A stretch of DNA of 64,000 nt from Calditrichia bacterium (GTDB taxonomy: Bacteria; Calditrichota; Calditrichia; JAJRVZ01). The position numbers were made by a program, and so were the translations under genes. Of this stretch, positions 1-11,036 are shown in pieces. The stretch spans positions 320,001 through 384,000 of the forward strand of contig CAVZSQ010000019.1 in assembly GCA_963777955.1 (NCBI GenBank). The letters run 5' to 3'. Numbering within the stretch: the stretch's first letter is position 1; every line of letters starts with the position of its first letter. The notes under the pieces were generated by a model. The model was given only the letters and a program-made list of their open reading frames with translations. It was not told the DNA's origin and made no database searches.

Positions 1-332
1 AGTTGATCAAAAGCGAGTGTCCGCTCGCCCAGCAATTCCGACAACCGACCTTGCGCTACCCGCCGGATTAAATCCATCTGGAACAGGCGATCCGAGGCAT
101 GCAGCCAACCGGTGGTGAACCAGGCATCATTTTCAGTCTGAGCCCAGATCTGGGGAATACCCATCTGGTCAAAATTGACAGTAACTTCTGATTTCAGACC
201 GTCGAGCACTCTCACACCCATATGCTGCGGCAGGGATTTATTGACGATATAGTACAAGTATATGGAGAAAAACGTCAGTGAAACTATGATAAAAATTACC
301 AGTAGCAACAGAATTCGTTTGAGTTTTTTCAA
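1..332 (-). CDS. Penicillin acylase family (peptidase S45) protein, N-terminal part; runs off the window edge
   Basis: Hand translation from TTG at 332: MKKLKRILLLLVIF...EVTVNFDQMGIPQIWAQTENDAWFTTGWLHASDRLFQMDLIRRVAQGRLSELLG, the typical S45 N-terminus. Not in the ORF track. Confidence 0.85.
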   Translation of the reverse strand, partial: MKKLKRILLLLVIFIIVSLTFFSIYLYYIVNKSLPQHMGVRVLDGLKSEVTVNFDQMGIPQIWAQTENDAWFTTGWLHASDRLFQMDLIRRVAQGRLSELLGERTLAFDQ

Positions 333-355
333 ATTATAATTCTCGTATTATTAGT

Positions 356-1543
356 TTATTTCAGGATTGGGACGATTTCCTGCTGGAGAGGTTGTGTATA
401 GATATGAATATTATTTTCGGCCACGTAGACATCAATTTCACTGCGCATGCCATAATCCGAGAAGTACAGCCCTGGTTCGATCGAAAAACAACTCCCGGTC
501 ACAATTTCACGTTCGTCCCTGGTTTCCAGACTATCCAGGTTGACGCCATTAGCGGTTAATTCCCTGCCGATCGAGTGTCCGGTGCGATGGAGAAAATAAC
601 TTTCATAGCCGGCTGTCTTGATTAAAGTCCTGGCATATTCATCCACCTGGTACCCATAAATCTTTTTGCCGGATTTAATCGATTTTTCAAGGTAATCGAT
701 CACCTGATCGCGGGTTTCACAGATTACTTTAAAAACCCGGCTATATTCTTCAGGGATTTCATCACCTACATAACCGACCCAGGCTACAACTGCATAAACA
801 GCATGCACACTTCTTTCTTTGGCCGAGATATTTAATTGAACGATCGAGCCCGGATAGATCGGGGCAAAACGGGTTTTGGTCGGATAATAGTGAGGAATAC
901 CGCTGTTTTTACCCGTGGAGACAGTAGCCGGATAATCAGTAATCAGGGAGCGGGATCTAATCTCATTCATGATATAGCGCTGGACGATATACTCATTGAC
1001 CTCTTCATGGTGTTCTACCTTACGTTTTATTAATTTAAAAGTTTTGGCAACCAGCTCGGTTAACTGCTTGGCTACATTAATGTGCATATTCAGTTGAGCC
1101 GGTGTTAAGCAGGATTCAAATTGCTGAACCAGACCTGCCGAGGTAACCAGTTCCAGGCGATAACTTTTCAACAATTCAAAAGTACCCGCATCGATTTTTG
1201 AGACGTAGGGAATAGCATTACGCGGCGAATACTGTATGGCGATTCTTCCCCCGTTCTTAAATATCTTTCCCAATTTTTCTTCCATTTCCTGCCAGCTGAG
1301 ATAAACTTCCTTTTTGCCCGGCAGATGATCCAAGACATCTCTCTCAATACTATGGACCAGTTTAACCGGTACCCCTCGCGCAGGGATATAAAACCACCAA
1401 CGCCTGGTCTGGATTTTATCTCCCGGGATATTAAGGATTATGCGGGCGATGGGGTCACTACCCTGGAAATCATAAAAAAGCCAGCCATCTATCTTATTGG
1501 TGTTCAAAGTGCGTTGGATAGCAGTAAGATCAAATCCCGACAT
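356..1543 (-). CDS. M24 family (Xaa-Pro aminopeptidase-like) protein; metal ligands appear degenerate
   Basis: HRTGHSIG, FSIEPG and RSEID motifs. ATG at 1543 follows a GGGGAG RBS. Confidence 0.85.
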   Translation of the reverse strand: MSGFDLTAIQRTLNTNKIDGWLFYDFQGSDPIARIILNIPGDKIQTRRWWFYIPARGVPVKLVHSIERDVLDHLPGKKEVYLSWQEMEEKLGKIFKNGGRIAIQYSPRNAIPYVSKIDAGTFELLKSYRLELVTSAGLVQQFESCLTPAQLNMHINVAKQLTELVAKTFKLIKRKVEHHEEVNEYIVQRYIMNEIRSRSLITDYPATVSTGKNSGIPHYYPTKTRFAPIYPGSIVQLNISAKERSVHAVYAVVAWVGYVGDEIPEEYSRVFKVICETRDQVIDYLEKSIKSGKKIYGYQVDEYARTLIKTAGYESYFLHRTGHSIGRELTANGVNLDSLETRDEREIVTGSCFSIEPGLYFSDYGMRSEIDVYVAENNIHIYTQPLQQEIVPILK

Positions 1544-1785
1544 GCAAAGCTCCCCTATTATAACCAATTGATTTTATTATATTTGATCAATTTCAAATTA
1601 CTTAATTGTATCAGAATAAACCGTTATCTTATTGCGTTAGAACAATACGTGTTCTATAAATTGATTGTTACACTCAAAATATAATAAAATTAAAGGGTTA
1701 ATAAAAATCTTAACTGCTGCCTGGTCAGGAATATCCAGAAATACGAAAAAAAAGTTGAACCACTTGCTTCTGCTTTTGTAAATTG

Positions 1786-1812
1786 TTAGCACTTTAATGA
1801 ATTGAGTGCTAA
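1786..1812 (+). promoter_or_regulatory. CIRCE element (HrcA operator) upstream of groES
   Basis: TTAGCACTT-N9-GAGTGCTAA, one mismatch to the consensus TTAGCACTC-N9-GAGTGCTAA. Confidence 0.93.
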
Positions 1813-1871
1813 AATTTCGAAACTAAAATATGTTTTATTGATAAATAATAACCAATTTCAAGGAGAAATTT

Positions 1872-2156
1872 ATGAAGATTAAACCATTGTCTGATCGTGT
1901 CGTAATTGAGCCTCTGGAGGCGCAGGAAAAGACCAGTGGAGGAATTTATCTGCCTGATACGGCTAAAGAAAAGCCGCAGATGGGTAAAGTCCTCGCTGCT
2001 GGTCCGGGAAAAACTTCCGATGAAGGCAAACTCATTCACATGGAAGTAAAAGTAGGTGATAAGGTTTTATACGGCAAATATTCCGGTACCGAAGTTACGG
2101 TTGAGGGCAAGGATTATTTGATCGTACGCGAAAGCGATATTCTGGCAATAGTATAA
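1872..2156 (+). CDS. groES: Co-chaperonin GroES
   Basis: [13 protein letters not shown]...[22 protein letters not shown]. Confidence 0.99.
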   Translation: MKIKPLSDRVVIEPLEAQEKTSGGIYLPDTAKEKPQMGKVLAAGPGKTSDEGKLIHMEVKVGDKVLYGKYSGTEVTVEGKDYLIVRESDILAIV

Positions 2157-2187
2157 CAAAAATAAAAAAGAAAATCGGAGGTTTAGT

Positions 2188-3819
2188 ATGGCTAAAATAA
2201 TTTTGTATGATGCCGAAGCACGCGCCAAACTGAAGGCAGGCATTGATCAATTGGCTCATATCGTCAAGGTCACTCTGGGGCCCAAAGGGCGTAATGTGGT
2301 CATCGATAAAAAATTCGGTGCACCCACCATTACCAAGGACGGCGTCACGGTGGCTAAAGAAATTGAACTCGAAGATCCCATGGAGAACATGGGTGCGCAG
2401 ATGGTCAAGGAGGTTGCCTCCAAGACCAGCGACGTGGCCGGTGATGGAACCACTACGGCAACCATTCTGGCTCAGGCTATTTATACCGAAGGTCTGAAGA
2501 ATGTCACAGCCGGTGCCAATCCTGCTGAATTAAAAAAAGGTATCGAACTGGCCGTGGCCAGAGTAGTTGAAGAACTGAAAAAGATGAGCAAAAATGTCGG
2601 CGGCAAAAAAGAGATTGCTCAGGTCGGCGCCATTTCGGCCAATAATGATCGAACCATCGGAAATCTGATTGCCGACGCCATGGAAAAAGTCGGAAAAGAT
2701 GGTGTGATTACGGTGGAAGAAGCCAAGTCTATTGAAACATCTCTGGATGTTGTCGAAGGTATGCAATTCGACCGTGGTTACGTTTCCCCGTACTTCGTGA
2801 CCGATCCGGAGAACATGGAAGCTGTGCTGGAAGATCCGCTGATTCTGATCCATGATAAGAAAATCAGTAATATGAAGGAATTGTTGCCCGTTCTGGAAAA
2901 AGTCGCACAGATGGGTAAGAGTTTACTGGTTATTGCTGAGGATCTGGAAGGGGAAGCTCTGGCCACCATGGTAGTGAATAAATTGCGCGGTACTTTAAAG
3001 ATCGCCGCGGTCAAAGCTCCCGGGTTTGGTGACCGCCGCAAGGCCATGCTGGATGATATCGCTATCCTCACCGGTGGCCGGGTGATCAGCGAAGAAGCCG
3101 GTTTCAAACTTGAGAACACCACGGTATCAGATCTCGGTTCAGCCAAACGCATAACTATCGACAAGGACAATACCACTATCGTGGAAGGTGCCGGTAAGTC
3201 GGCGGATATCAAGGGACGTGTGGCCCAGATCCGTACACAGATTGATAACACCACCAGTGATTACGATCGTGAAAAATTACAGGAACGATTGGCAAAATTA
3301 GCCGGCGGTGTAGCCGTATTGAAAATCGGTGCAGCCACCGAAGTTGAAATGAAAGAGAAAAAAGCCCGGGTCGAAGATGCCCTCCATGCCACCCGTGCCG
3401 CTGTTGAGGAAGGTATTGTTCCCGGCGGTGGTGTAGCATTCCTGCGCTGTTTGAAAGCTCTGGAAAGTATGAAGGTTAAGGAGGAGGATCAGGCTATCGG
3501 TATCAATATCGTAAAACGCGCCATTGAAGAACCGATCCGCCAGATCGTGCAGAATGCCGGTAAAGAAGGTGCCGTGATCGTCGAAGAAGTGAAGAAAAAA
3601 ACCGGAGCTTACGGTTATAATGCCGCCACGGAACAGTTCGAAGATCTGTTGGAAGCCGGTATTATCGATCCGACCAAGGTAACCCGTACAGCATTGGAAA
3701 ATGCCTCGTCGGTCGCAGCCCTGCTGCTGATGACCGAGGGATTGGTTGCCGAGAAACCGGAAAAGGAACCAAAAGCGCCACCAATGCCTCCGGGCGGTGG
3801 AATGGGTGATATGTATTAG
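2188..3819 (+). CDS. groEL: Chaperonin GroEL
   Basis: [20 protein letters not shown]-type C-terminal tail. Confidence 0.99.
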   Translation: MAKIILYDAEARAKLKAGIDQLAHIVKVTLGPKGRNVVIDKKFGAPTITKDGVTVAKEIELEDPMENMGAQMVKEVASKTSDVAGDGTTTATILAQAIYTEGLKNVTAGANPAELKKGIELAVARVVEELKKMSKNVGGKKEIAQVGAISANNDRTIGNLIADAMEKVGKDGVITVEEAKSIETSLDVVEGMQFDRGYVSPYFVTDPENMEAVLEDPLILIHDKKISNMKELLPVLEKVAQMGKSLLVIAEDLEGEALATMVVNKLRGTLKIAAVKAPGFGDRRKAMLDDIAILTGGRVISEEAGFKLENTTVSDLGSAKRITIDKDNTTIVEGAGKSADIKGRVAQIRTQIDNTTSDYDREKLQERLAKLAGGVAVLKIGAATEVEMKEKKARVEDALHATRAAVEEGIVPGGGVAFLRCLKALESMKVKEEDQAIGINIVKRAIEEPIRQIVQNAGKEGAVIVEEVKKKTGAYGYNAATEQFEDLLEAGIIDPTKVTRTALENASSVAALLLMTEGLVAEKPEKEPKAPPMPPGGGMGDMY

Positions 3820-3840
3820 TCGTCGTGTTCTCCCTGCTTG

Positions 3841-3880
3841 AACCCTGGTCGGCGGCAACGCCGATCAGGGTTTTTTATTT
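3841..3880 (+). terminator. Intrinsic terminator of groESL
   Basis: AACCCTGGTCGGCG-GCAA-CGCCGATCAGGGTT hairpin followed by a T tract. Confidence 0.9.
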
Positions 3881-3941
3881 TAGTTTGATAAAAAATGGGA
3901 TTATTAATATATTAAGTTTTATAACGGTCGAATAGTAAATT

Positions 3942-4309
3942 ATGGATGTTATCAAACTTTGCAATATTGTTTTCTATGCCCACCATGGTTACTATGAAGC
4001 CGAACGGGAACTGGGTCAGCGATTCGAAGTGGATATCGAGGTGGAATGCGATCTGCACGATAACAGTGACCAACGATGACCTTAAATCAACCATTGATTA
4101 CCGTCATATCTACGCTATTGCCAAGGATGCTTTTGAAAATAATAAATTCAAACTCCTGGAGACAGTGGCCAATCGGATCGCCGCTCAGATAGTCCAGATT
4201 CGATCCGGTCCAGGCTGTGCTGATCAGAGTGCGCAAGCCCCATGTCCCGATAAAAGGATTTCTGGATCATATCGAAATTGAAATTAAACGATCTAAAAAT
4301 GATATATAA
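3942..4309 (+). CDS. folB: Dihydroneopterin aldolase, split by two +1 frameshifts (~4062, ~4195; probably sequence errors)
   Basis: Three frames join as MDVIKLCNIVFYAHHGYYEAERELGQRFEVDIEV / TVTNDDLKSTIDY...KLLETVANRIA / FDPVQAVLIRVRKPHVPIKGFLDHIEIEIKR. Confidence 0.88.
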
Positions 4310-4790
4310 TTATTTTCTGGGTCTGGGTTCCAATATAGAACCACGATTGAACTATTTACAGACAGCGTTGACAAAACTGACTCCTTTCGGCCGGATCAAA
4401 CATAAGTCCAGCATTTATAACACGCAGGCCTGGGGAGAAACTGAACAGGATGACTTTTATAATGCGATCATCGAATTCGATTCCGCCCTTCCGCCGCGGA
4501 TCCTGCTGGAGACGATAAAAAAAATTGAAGCGGAAACCGGCCGCCGGTCAACCTCTCACTGGAGACCGCGGGAAATCGATATCGATATCATTTACTGCCG
4601 GAACATGACTGTCCAGGAGGCCGATTTAATTATTCCGCACCGTTATGCAGCGGAACGCCGTTTTATCCTGGCTCCGTTAAGTGAACTGGACGAGAATCTA
4701 TCGATTGATGGTCGTGGCACACCGGTCCGGCAGACTTTGCGCTCCTGTCAGGATTCTGCTCAGGTCTCTAAATTAGATCTGGCATGGTAG
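4299..4790 (+). CDS. folK: 2-amino-4-hydroxy-6-hydroxymethyldihydropteridine diphosphokinase
   Basis: LGLGSNI, WRPREIDIDII, LIIPH, RRFILAPL; follows folB. Confidence 0.95.
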   Translation: MIYNYFLGLGSNIEPRLNYLQTALTKLTPFGRIKHKSSIYNTQAWGETEQDDFYNAIIEFDSALPPRILLETIKKIEAETGRRSTSHWRPREIDIDIIYCRNMTVQEADLIIPHRYAAERRFILAPLSELDENLSIDGRGTPVRQTLRSCQDSAQVSKLDLAW

Positions 4791-4796
4791 GAAATT

Positions 4797-5444
4797 ATGG
4801 CTCTTGAAGATTTAAAATATATCGCTATCGACGGGGTAATCGGCGTGGGCAAAACAAGTCTGACCGCCCGTCTGGCCCAGACCCTAAATGCCAAACCTCT
4901 TTACGAAGAATATGAAAAAAATCCTTTTCTGGAGGAGTTTTACCAGGATCCCGAACATTTTGCGTTTCAGACTCAACTTTTTTTCCTGATGAACCGTTAT
5001 CGTCAGCAGCAGGAATTACATCAGATGGATCTTTTCCATACCTGCGTGGTAAGCGATTACATCTTCGCTAAAGATCGCATATTTGCTACGCTGAACCTGA
5101 ATGAAAAAGAAATTAAATTGTATGACGGTATCGCCCGCCTGATGGAAAAAGATATCGTTAAACCAAATCTGGTTATTTACCTGCAAGCCTCCACCCGGCA
5201 TCTGCTGGAGAGTATCCGTCAACGCAACCGTAAAATTGAAAAGTTTATCTCGGAAGAATATATCCAGGCCCTGAATGAACTTTATAATAATTTTTTCTTC
5301 CATTATACGGATACGCCTTTATTAGTCATAAATACCGATGATATGGATTTTGTACACCAGGAAGGTGACTATAAAGATATACTTTATGAGATAAATCAAC
5401 ATATTTCAGGCACCCGTTATTACGTCCCGCAGAAAATAAGGTAA
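4797..5444 (+). CDS. Deoxynucleoside kinase family protein
   Basis: IDGVIGVGKTSL P-loop, NPFLEEFY, FQTQLFFL, SDYIFAKD. Confidence 0.92.
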   Translation: MALEDLKYIAIDGVIGVGKTSLTARLAQTLNAKPLYEEYEKNPFLEEFYQDPEHFAFQTQLFFLMNRYRQQQELHQMDLFHTCVVSDYIFAKDRIFATLNLNEKEIKLYDGIARLMEKDIVKPNLVIYLQASTRHLLESIRQRNRKIEKFISEEYIQALNELYNNFFFHYTDTPLLVINTDDMDFVHQEGDYKDILYEINQHISGTRYYVPQKIR

Positions 5445-5450
5445 GCACGG

Positions 5451-5633
5451 ATGAGTTTAATCAGGTTAATCGTATTTATTATATTTATATATCTGGTAGT
5501 CCGCCTGGTGGTCCGGATGTTTGCCATGCTGGGCGGCAGTAAGAGCAGCCAGGTCAGAGGACAGCCGCGCGACAACGGCAGAATTAAGGACAGGAAAGAC
5601 ATCGAAGACGCTGATTATGAAGAACTCAAATGA
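5451..5633 (+). CDS. Small single-TM hypothetical protein with C-terminal IEDADYEE motif
   Basis: Fills the gap between two co-oriented genes; hydrophobic N-terminus. Confidence 0.7.
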   Translation: MSLIRLIVFIIFIYLVVRLVVRMFAMLGGSKSSQVRGQPRDNGRIKDRKDIEDADYEELK

Positions 5634-6936
5634 TGTCAATGAATTTCAACTCCAGCTTGAAAAATTACAGCATGAAATCAAAAAGCTGGTAACAGAGAAA
5701 AAAGGGCTGAATGCTTTATTAACCATTACCCGCTCCCTCGCCGCCGAATTAGATCTGGATAGTTTATTATTCAAAATAATAAGTCAGGTCAGGAAAACAC
5801 TGCGTGCCGATCGCTGCACGGTCTTTCTGCTTGACGAAATGAAAAATGAATTGTGGTCAAAAGTAGCCCTGGGAGTGGATGAAGAGATTCGTTTTCCTGC
5901 AGATAAAGGTATAGCCGGACATACCCTGCAGACCGGTGAAATCATCAATATTCCTGATGCCTATAAAGATCCGCGTTTTAATCCTGATGTAGATAAAAAA
6001 ACCGGTTATAAGACCGGGACTATCCTGACCATGCCTATGTTTAACAAACAGAACGATGTCTTCGGTGTATTTCAAGTGCTCAATAAAAAAGACGGAATTT
6101 TCACCGTTGCCGACGAAAAACTTTTATCGGCTATCGCCCTGATTGCCTCTACCGCCATTGAAAATGCGCAATTGTACGACGAACAGAAAAAATCATTCAT
6201 CAGTTTTATCGATACACTTTCCACCACTCTTGATACACGCGATTACATTACAGCCGGACATGCTCGCAGAGTTACCCTGTATGCGCAGGAGATCGGCCGC
6301 CTGATGAAATTAGACCCGGCCCGGATGGATGTACTTCGTTATGCTGCGCTACTGCATGATATTGGCAAGATTGGTATACCGGAGATGATTTTATTCAAAG
6401 ACCGTAAACTAACCAACGAAGAGTACGAAATAGTTAAACGGCATGCTAAAATCACAAAAAATATTCTGAAAAAGATCCATTTCAACAAAAAATTGAAAGA
6501 TGTCCCGGAAATAGCCGGCAGCCATCATGAACGCCTGGACGGTACCGGCTATCCCGAACAAATGCACGGAGAACAAATACCCCTGGAAGGTAAGATCCTG
6601 GCCCTGGCCGATACCTTTGATGCGATAACGTCACGACGCCAATTTTTAGACCGCATGGATCTGGAAAAGGTCGTACAGCTCATTGACAGTGAAACCGGTA
6701 CTTCCTTTGAACCATACGTGGTATATAATTTTAAATATATTACCCTGGACCGTCTTATCCAGATACTGGAATTCGGACATACCTCCGAAATAAATCCTGC
6801 AGATTTGCAGAAACTTACGGACTACACCCTGCGGGAATTGATAGAAATCCGCGGTAAATCCATTAAATCAGAGGATGAGTCGGAGATTGAAAATATTTTT
6901 ATGCGATATTACCTGCAGCAATATCGTACGAAATAA
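5617..6936 (+). CDS. GAF + HD-GYP cyclic-dinucleotide phosphodiesterase
   Basis: GAF (ADRCTVFL, GIAG, DAYKDPRFNPDVD) then HARRV, LLHDIGKIG, HHERLDGTGYP. Confidence 0.9.
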   Translation: MKNSNDVNEFQLQLEKLQHEIKKLVTEKKGLNALLTITRSLAAELDLDSLLFKIISQVRKTLRADRCTVFLLDEMKNELWSKVALGVDEEIRFPADKGIAGHTLQTGEIINIPDAYKDPRFNPDVDKKTGYKTGTILTMPMFNKQNDVFGVFQVLNKKDGIFTVADEKLLSAIALIASTAIENAQLYDEQKKSFISFIDTLSTTLDTRDYITAGHARRVTLYAQEIGRLMKLDPARMDVLRYAALLHDIGKIGIPEMILFKDRKLTNEEYEIVKRHAKITKNILKKIHFNKKLKDVPEIAGSHHERLDGTGYPEQMHGEQIPLEGKILALADTFDAITSRRQFLDRMDLEKVVQLIDSETGTSFEPYVVYNFKYITLDRLIQILEFGHTSEINPADLQKLTDYTLRELIEIRGKSIKSEDESEIENIFMRYYLQQYRTK

Positions 6937-6944
6937 AAATATTA

Positions 6945-8096
6945 TTATACTTCTTTTAACAGGTCCTTTACCTTATCCGTCTTTTCCCAGGTGAACTCTT
7001 TCTCCGTCCGGCCAAAATGCCCATAACTTGCTGTCTTACGATAAATCGGACGGCGCAGTTGCAGTGTTTCGATGATGGCACCCGGTCGAAAATCGAATAA
7101 TTTCCTGATAATCTCCAGGAGTTTAATATCGCTGATTTTGCCGGTGCCCCATGTCTCGACCAGCAATGAAACCGGCTCGGCGACACCGATGGCATACGCG
7201 ACTTGTAATCCGCATTTATCGGCCAGACCGGCCGCAACAATATTCTTGGCCACATAACGGGCGAAATAGGAAGCAGAGCGATCGACTTTTGTAGGATCTT
7301 TCCCGGAAAAAGCACCTCCGCCGTGAGAATACATACCACCATAGGTGTCGACAATTATTTTCCTCCCGGTTAAACCCGTGTCGCCCTGCGGACCGCCGAC
7401 TACAAAACGACCGGTAGGATTAATAAAATATTTTACTTTCCCATCGCTTAACAAATCGGCTGGTATTGCTTTTTTTATCACCTTTTCGATTATTTCCTGC
7501 TGCAGTGTTTCGTATTCGACTTCAGAATGGTGCTGGGTTGAAACCACCACACTTTCGACCGAGATTGGTTTACCATCTTCGTATCGTACTGATACCTGAG
7601 CTTTTCCATCCGGTCTCAGGTATGGTATCTGGCCCGATTTTCGTTCTTCGGCCAGGCGCCGGGTGATTTTATGAGCCAGGTTAATGGGCATGGGCATCAG
7701 TTCCGCAGTTTCTTTACAGGCGAAACCAAACATCATACCCTGGTCGCCGGCCCCGGCACGGTCAACACCCATGGCGATATCGGGCGACTGCTGATCAATA
7801 CTGGTCAAAACCGCACAGGTCAGATAATCAAAACCATAACGGGCATCCGTATATCCGATTTCTTTAATGACCCCTCTGGCAATGCTGGGGATATCCACAT
7901 AGCATTTGGTGGTGATCTCTCCGCCGATCAGCGTCAAGCCGGTAGTTACAAATGTTTCGCAAGCTACCCGGCCGAATGGATCTTCTTTAATTATCGCATC
8001 AAGAATAGCATCGGAAATCTGATCCGCGATTTTATCAGGATGTCCTTCGGTAACCGATTCGGAACTGAATATATACCTGCTCTTACCCTTATCCAT
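6945..8096 (-). CDS. metK: S-adenosylmethionine synthetase
   Basis: [26 protein letters not shown]. Confidence 0.99.
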   Translation of the reverse strand: MDKGKSRYIFSSESVTEGHPDKIADQISDAILDAIIKEDPFGRVACETFVTTGLTLIGGEITTKCYVDIPSIARGVIKEIGYTDARYGFDYLTCAVLTSIDQQSPDIAMGVDRAGAGDQGMMFGFACKETAELMPMPINLAHKITRRLAEERKSGQIPYLRPDGKAQVSVRYEDGKPISVESVVVSTQHHSEVEYETLQQEIIEKVIKKAIPADLLSDGKVKYFINPTGRFVVGGPQGDTGLTGRKIIVDTYGGMYSHGGGAFSGKDPTKVDRSASYFARYVAKNIVAAGLADKCGLQVAYAIGVAEPVSLLVETWGTGKISDIKLLEIIRKLFDFRPGAIIETLQLRRPIYRKTASYGHFGRTEKEFTWEKTDKVKDLLKEV

Positions 8097-8162
8097 AAAC
8101 CAGAACCCTCATCATTTTTAAAATGCCGTTTAAAATACGTGTTGCCAAAATAACTTTCAATT

Positions 8163-9212
8163 TCATTTTAATTTTTTCAGTTCAGCTTTAAAATAATCAA
8201 TATTCAGAATGGTCAGCGGATCTTTTTCGTACAGAATCGCCAGGTAATAACTGACCCAGTCGCTCAGGCAGATCAACGATATCGTATTTTCTATCAGATT
8301 TTTCCCTTCGCCATAAACTGTAATAACCTCAATCCCTTTATCGGTCAGGATCTGCTTGGTCAGCTTTATTCTGGTTTTAATACGGGGCGGATAAATATCG
8401 CTATCCAGGATTACCACGATCAGGTCCCGGGTCAGTTTTTCATTGATCTCCCAGCCTACAATCTCATTATGATTCATTTCCGGTAAAACATGATGGAAGG
8501 CCAGTGATTTGGCGTTTTCATTCAACTGGGTACGCCAGCGAAAGGCCACCGATTTCAAATAAGGCTCCACCGAGTAAATAACCGGGATTTTATTATGCAA
8601 TTTAAAAGCAATCTCTTTCGGCAGGGATTTTCCTTCGGCCGTGTTTTCATCGCTGCGCAGGATCTGCGTTTGAACATGAACAATCAAATCTTCTATCTGT
8701 TCAGCCGAAACCGGTTTAGCGGTAAATTTATTCAGCAGTAACAAGACCGGGAAAAACAAGTACCCGAAAGCCTGGCGCGGTGGAAAGCCATCCGGCAATT
8801 TGATCAGTTTCCATTTATTTCTTTTGGCCAGTTTTGATAATTCACCACCGGAACTAACCGTAACTATCTTTGAAGTCCTCTTCCTGGCCTGATTAAAAGA
8901 ACTTAGTGTTTCTTCGGTATTGCCGGAATAACTAGAAGCGATTACCAGCGTTTTTTTATTACAATAATCCGGGCATTCATACCCCCGTACCACCTGCATC
9001 GGGATAGTCAGTTTATCGAATAAAACTTCATTTAATATATCACCGGCGATGGCCGACCCCCCCATACCCAGATAAATAATGTTTTCTATGGATTCAGGGC
9101 GGACTTTGATTTTAGCATCATCAAATAACTTTTTACTGGCAATGATTTGTTCAGGAAATTTTTTTAAGAAAACTTTAAAATTTGATTTGTCAAAAGAAAA
9201 CATGCGATTCAT
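8163..9212 (-). CDS. Bifunctional phosphoglucose/phosphomannose isomerase (SIS family)
   Basis: GMGGSAIAG, SSYSGNTEET, QLNENAK, PEMNHNEI. Confidence 0.92.
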   Translation of the reverse strand: MNRMFSFDKSNFKVFLKKFPEQIIASKKLFDDAKIKVRPESIENIIYLGMGGSAIAGDILNEVLFDKLTIPMQVVRGYECPDYCNKKTLVIASSYSGNTEETLSSFNQARKRTSKIVTVSSGGELSKLAKRNKWKLIKLPDGFPPRQAFGYLFFPVLLLLNKFTAKPVSAEQIEDLIVHVQTQILRSDENTAEGKSLPKEIAFKLHNKIPVIYSVEPYLKSVAFRWRTQLNENAKSLAFHHVLPEMNHNEIVGWEINEKLTRDLIVVILDSDIYPPRIKTRIKLTKQILTDKGIEVITVYGEGKNLIENTISLICLSDWVSYYLAILYEKDPLTILNIDYFKAELKKLK

Positions 9213-9287
9213 CTCCTTCCAACGAAAATGTAATTTATCTGTTTGTGCAAAGATCCAGAAGAAATTTATCGATTGATGGTCAGTTGC

Positions 9288-9560
9288 TCAGCGGGTATCT
9301 TCATAAAACTTGTTCGTAATCAAGTCTTTCAATGCCTGTAATGCAGATGCTTCATCGCAACCGTTGACTATAATCGTAATCGTGCTGCCAGGTTCAGCAG
9401 CAAGCATCATGATACCCATAATACTTTTGCCATTCACCTCCAGGTCGTCCTTGATCACTTTGATCTCAGATTGAAACTTTCCGGCAATCTTTACAAATTG
9501 GGCAGCTGGACGGGCATGCAGCCCATGCTTGTTAATTATCTTAATCTCTTCTTTTATCAT
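9288..9560 (-). CDS. ptsH: Phosphocarrier protein HPr
   Basis: GLHARPAA and NGKSIMGIM motifs; start overlaps the IID stop. Confidence 0.95.
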   Translation of the reverse strand: MIKEEIKIINKHGLHARPAAQFVKIAGKFQSEIKVIKDDLEVNGKSIMGIMMLAAEPGSTITIIVNGCDEASALQALKDLITNKFYEDTR

Positions 9561-10333
9561 AGTACTTTCATGATCATGCTTAATACCAGCACCGCCAGCA
9601 GTGATAATAGCACAGCCTGATAAAAATTCTGACGCCATTTCCAGATATAATATGCTGATACTACGCTAACCAGAAACACAATCCCCTGCAGCAAATCAAC
9701 CTGTCCGAATTTTAAAAGTGAAAAACCACCAATACTGCCCAGGGCTATAGCTCCAATTGCCCCGAACAGCCTCTTTAAATTCATATACTCGTCCAGATTG
9801 AGGACTTTATAAACCTCAAATCCGAGTTGATACCCCTTGCGGATGCCGCCAATTCGTATAAAGAAATGCGGGATATTATAGATCAGCAACATAAATCCCA
9901 GAAAAATCAACTGCCAGTGCAATTCTTTGAAAATTAAAATACCCAGAACAGCCACCAGTGCAGAAGACGGTTTGATACTTGCCCAGAATACCTGATCGCC
10001 GATTGCTCCCAGCGGACCGATCAGGGCATTCTTTAACCGCTCAACCTTGCCCGGATCAGGTTGGCGCGAGACCTGTTGATCTTCCTCAACCCTTACAATA
10101 GCACCAATAGCGAACGAAGCAAAGTATGGATGAGCATTAAAAAAATTCAAATGCCGGCATAGAAATTTGATCCGCTCACCTTTTTCTTTAAAAATTCGTT
10201 TGGCTGCAGGCACCAGTGTATAACAGAAACCGATCGATAATAAACTATGATAATTCCAGACCGCCTGTATAAAGAACGAGCGGAAAAACATGCGCCACAA
10301 ATCCCAGTAATTTAATAAGCTCTGCTTACTCAT
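9557..10333 (-). CDS. PTS mannose/fructose/sorbose family IID component
   Basis: FFIQAVWNY, HLNFFNAHP, GPLGAIGDQVFW. Confidence 0.9.
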   Translation of the reverse strand: MSKQSLLNYWDLWRMFFRSFFIQAVWNYHSLLSIGFCYTLVPAAKRIFKEKGERIKFLCRHLNFFNAHPYFASFAIGAIVRVEEDQQVSRQPDPGKVERLKNALIGPLGAIGDQVFWASIKPSSALVAVLGILIFKELHWQLIFLGFMLLIYNIPHFFIRIGGIRKGYQLGFEVYKVLNLDEYMNLKRLFGAIGAIALGSIGGFSLLKFGQVDLLQGIVFLVSVVSAYYIWKWRQNFYQAVLLSLLAVLVLSMIMKVL

Positions 10334-11010
10334 GCTAAAATATAAAAAAGTATTATTCCCAATATTGCACCTGCACTGATCAGCCTTTTACTGCCCTTAT
10401 CTTTAAAGATGGTCAGAATCAATCCACAACCAATCCCCAGTATGGCCGCCATGCCATGATCGAAAAATTTATACCAGTTCGTCGGGATAAGTTTTAAAAA
10501 CGGAAAAAGCAGATCCGCTGCGGATAAAGCAGCAATAATCAGCGCAAACATCAGTACGAAATGCAGCATGATCGCTGAGAAAACCGTAAATCCCAGGGCA
10601 CTGCTGTGGCCATTCTGCACCGCAGCATACACCCGGTGAAAAATGATACTGTTAAGCCGGCGATGCACCACCACAAATTCAGAACCGATGTAACTGATCA
10701 ATAACCCGTAGAGAATTCCCGCAGCAAAAACCAGATTAAAATAATTATAATCAGGCGCAAAACGCATGATCAGGGTACTGGTCACAATTGCAGCGACATT
10801 AGCCTCGGGTATTTTTACTCCTCCGACCGGCAGACTGATCAGCCAGAGTAATTGCAAATACAGGCCTACATGTAATCCCAGCTGCACATCGCCAAAGTAC
10901 CAGCCGATCAGCGTGCTGGTGATCAGCGGTTGGGCCAGTAAAGTCTGGAAAACCACCGAAGTATCCAGAGCAATCAGACTGCCGATTAATGCTATAACTA
11001 AATTTTCCAT
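10330..11010 (-). CDS. PTS mannose/fructose/sorbose family IIC component
   Basis: QPLITSTLIGW...GLYLQLLWL...PVGG; multi-TM; adjacent to IID. Confidence 0.85.
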   Translation of the reverse strand: MENLVIALIGSLIALDTSVVFQTLLAQPLITSTLIGWYFGDVQLGLHVGLYLQLLWLISLPVGGVKIPEANVAAIVTSTLIMRFAPDYNYFNLVFAAGILYGLLISYIGSEFVVVHRRLNSIIFHRVYAAVQNGHSSALGFTVFSAIMLHFVLMFALIIAALSAADLLFPFLKLIPTNWYKFFDHGMAAILGIGCGLILTIFKDKGSKRLISAGAILGIILFYILA

Positions 11011-11036
11011 CCAGCGTAATTTATGATAAAGATCGA

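Noticed and set aside
3946..4281. 111-aa ORF as a real gene
   Set aside because: It is the middle frame of the frameshifted folB.
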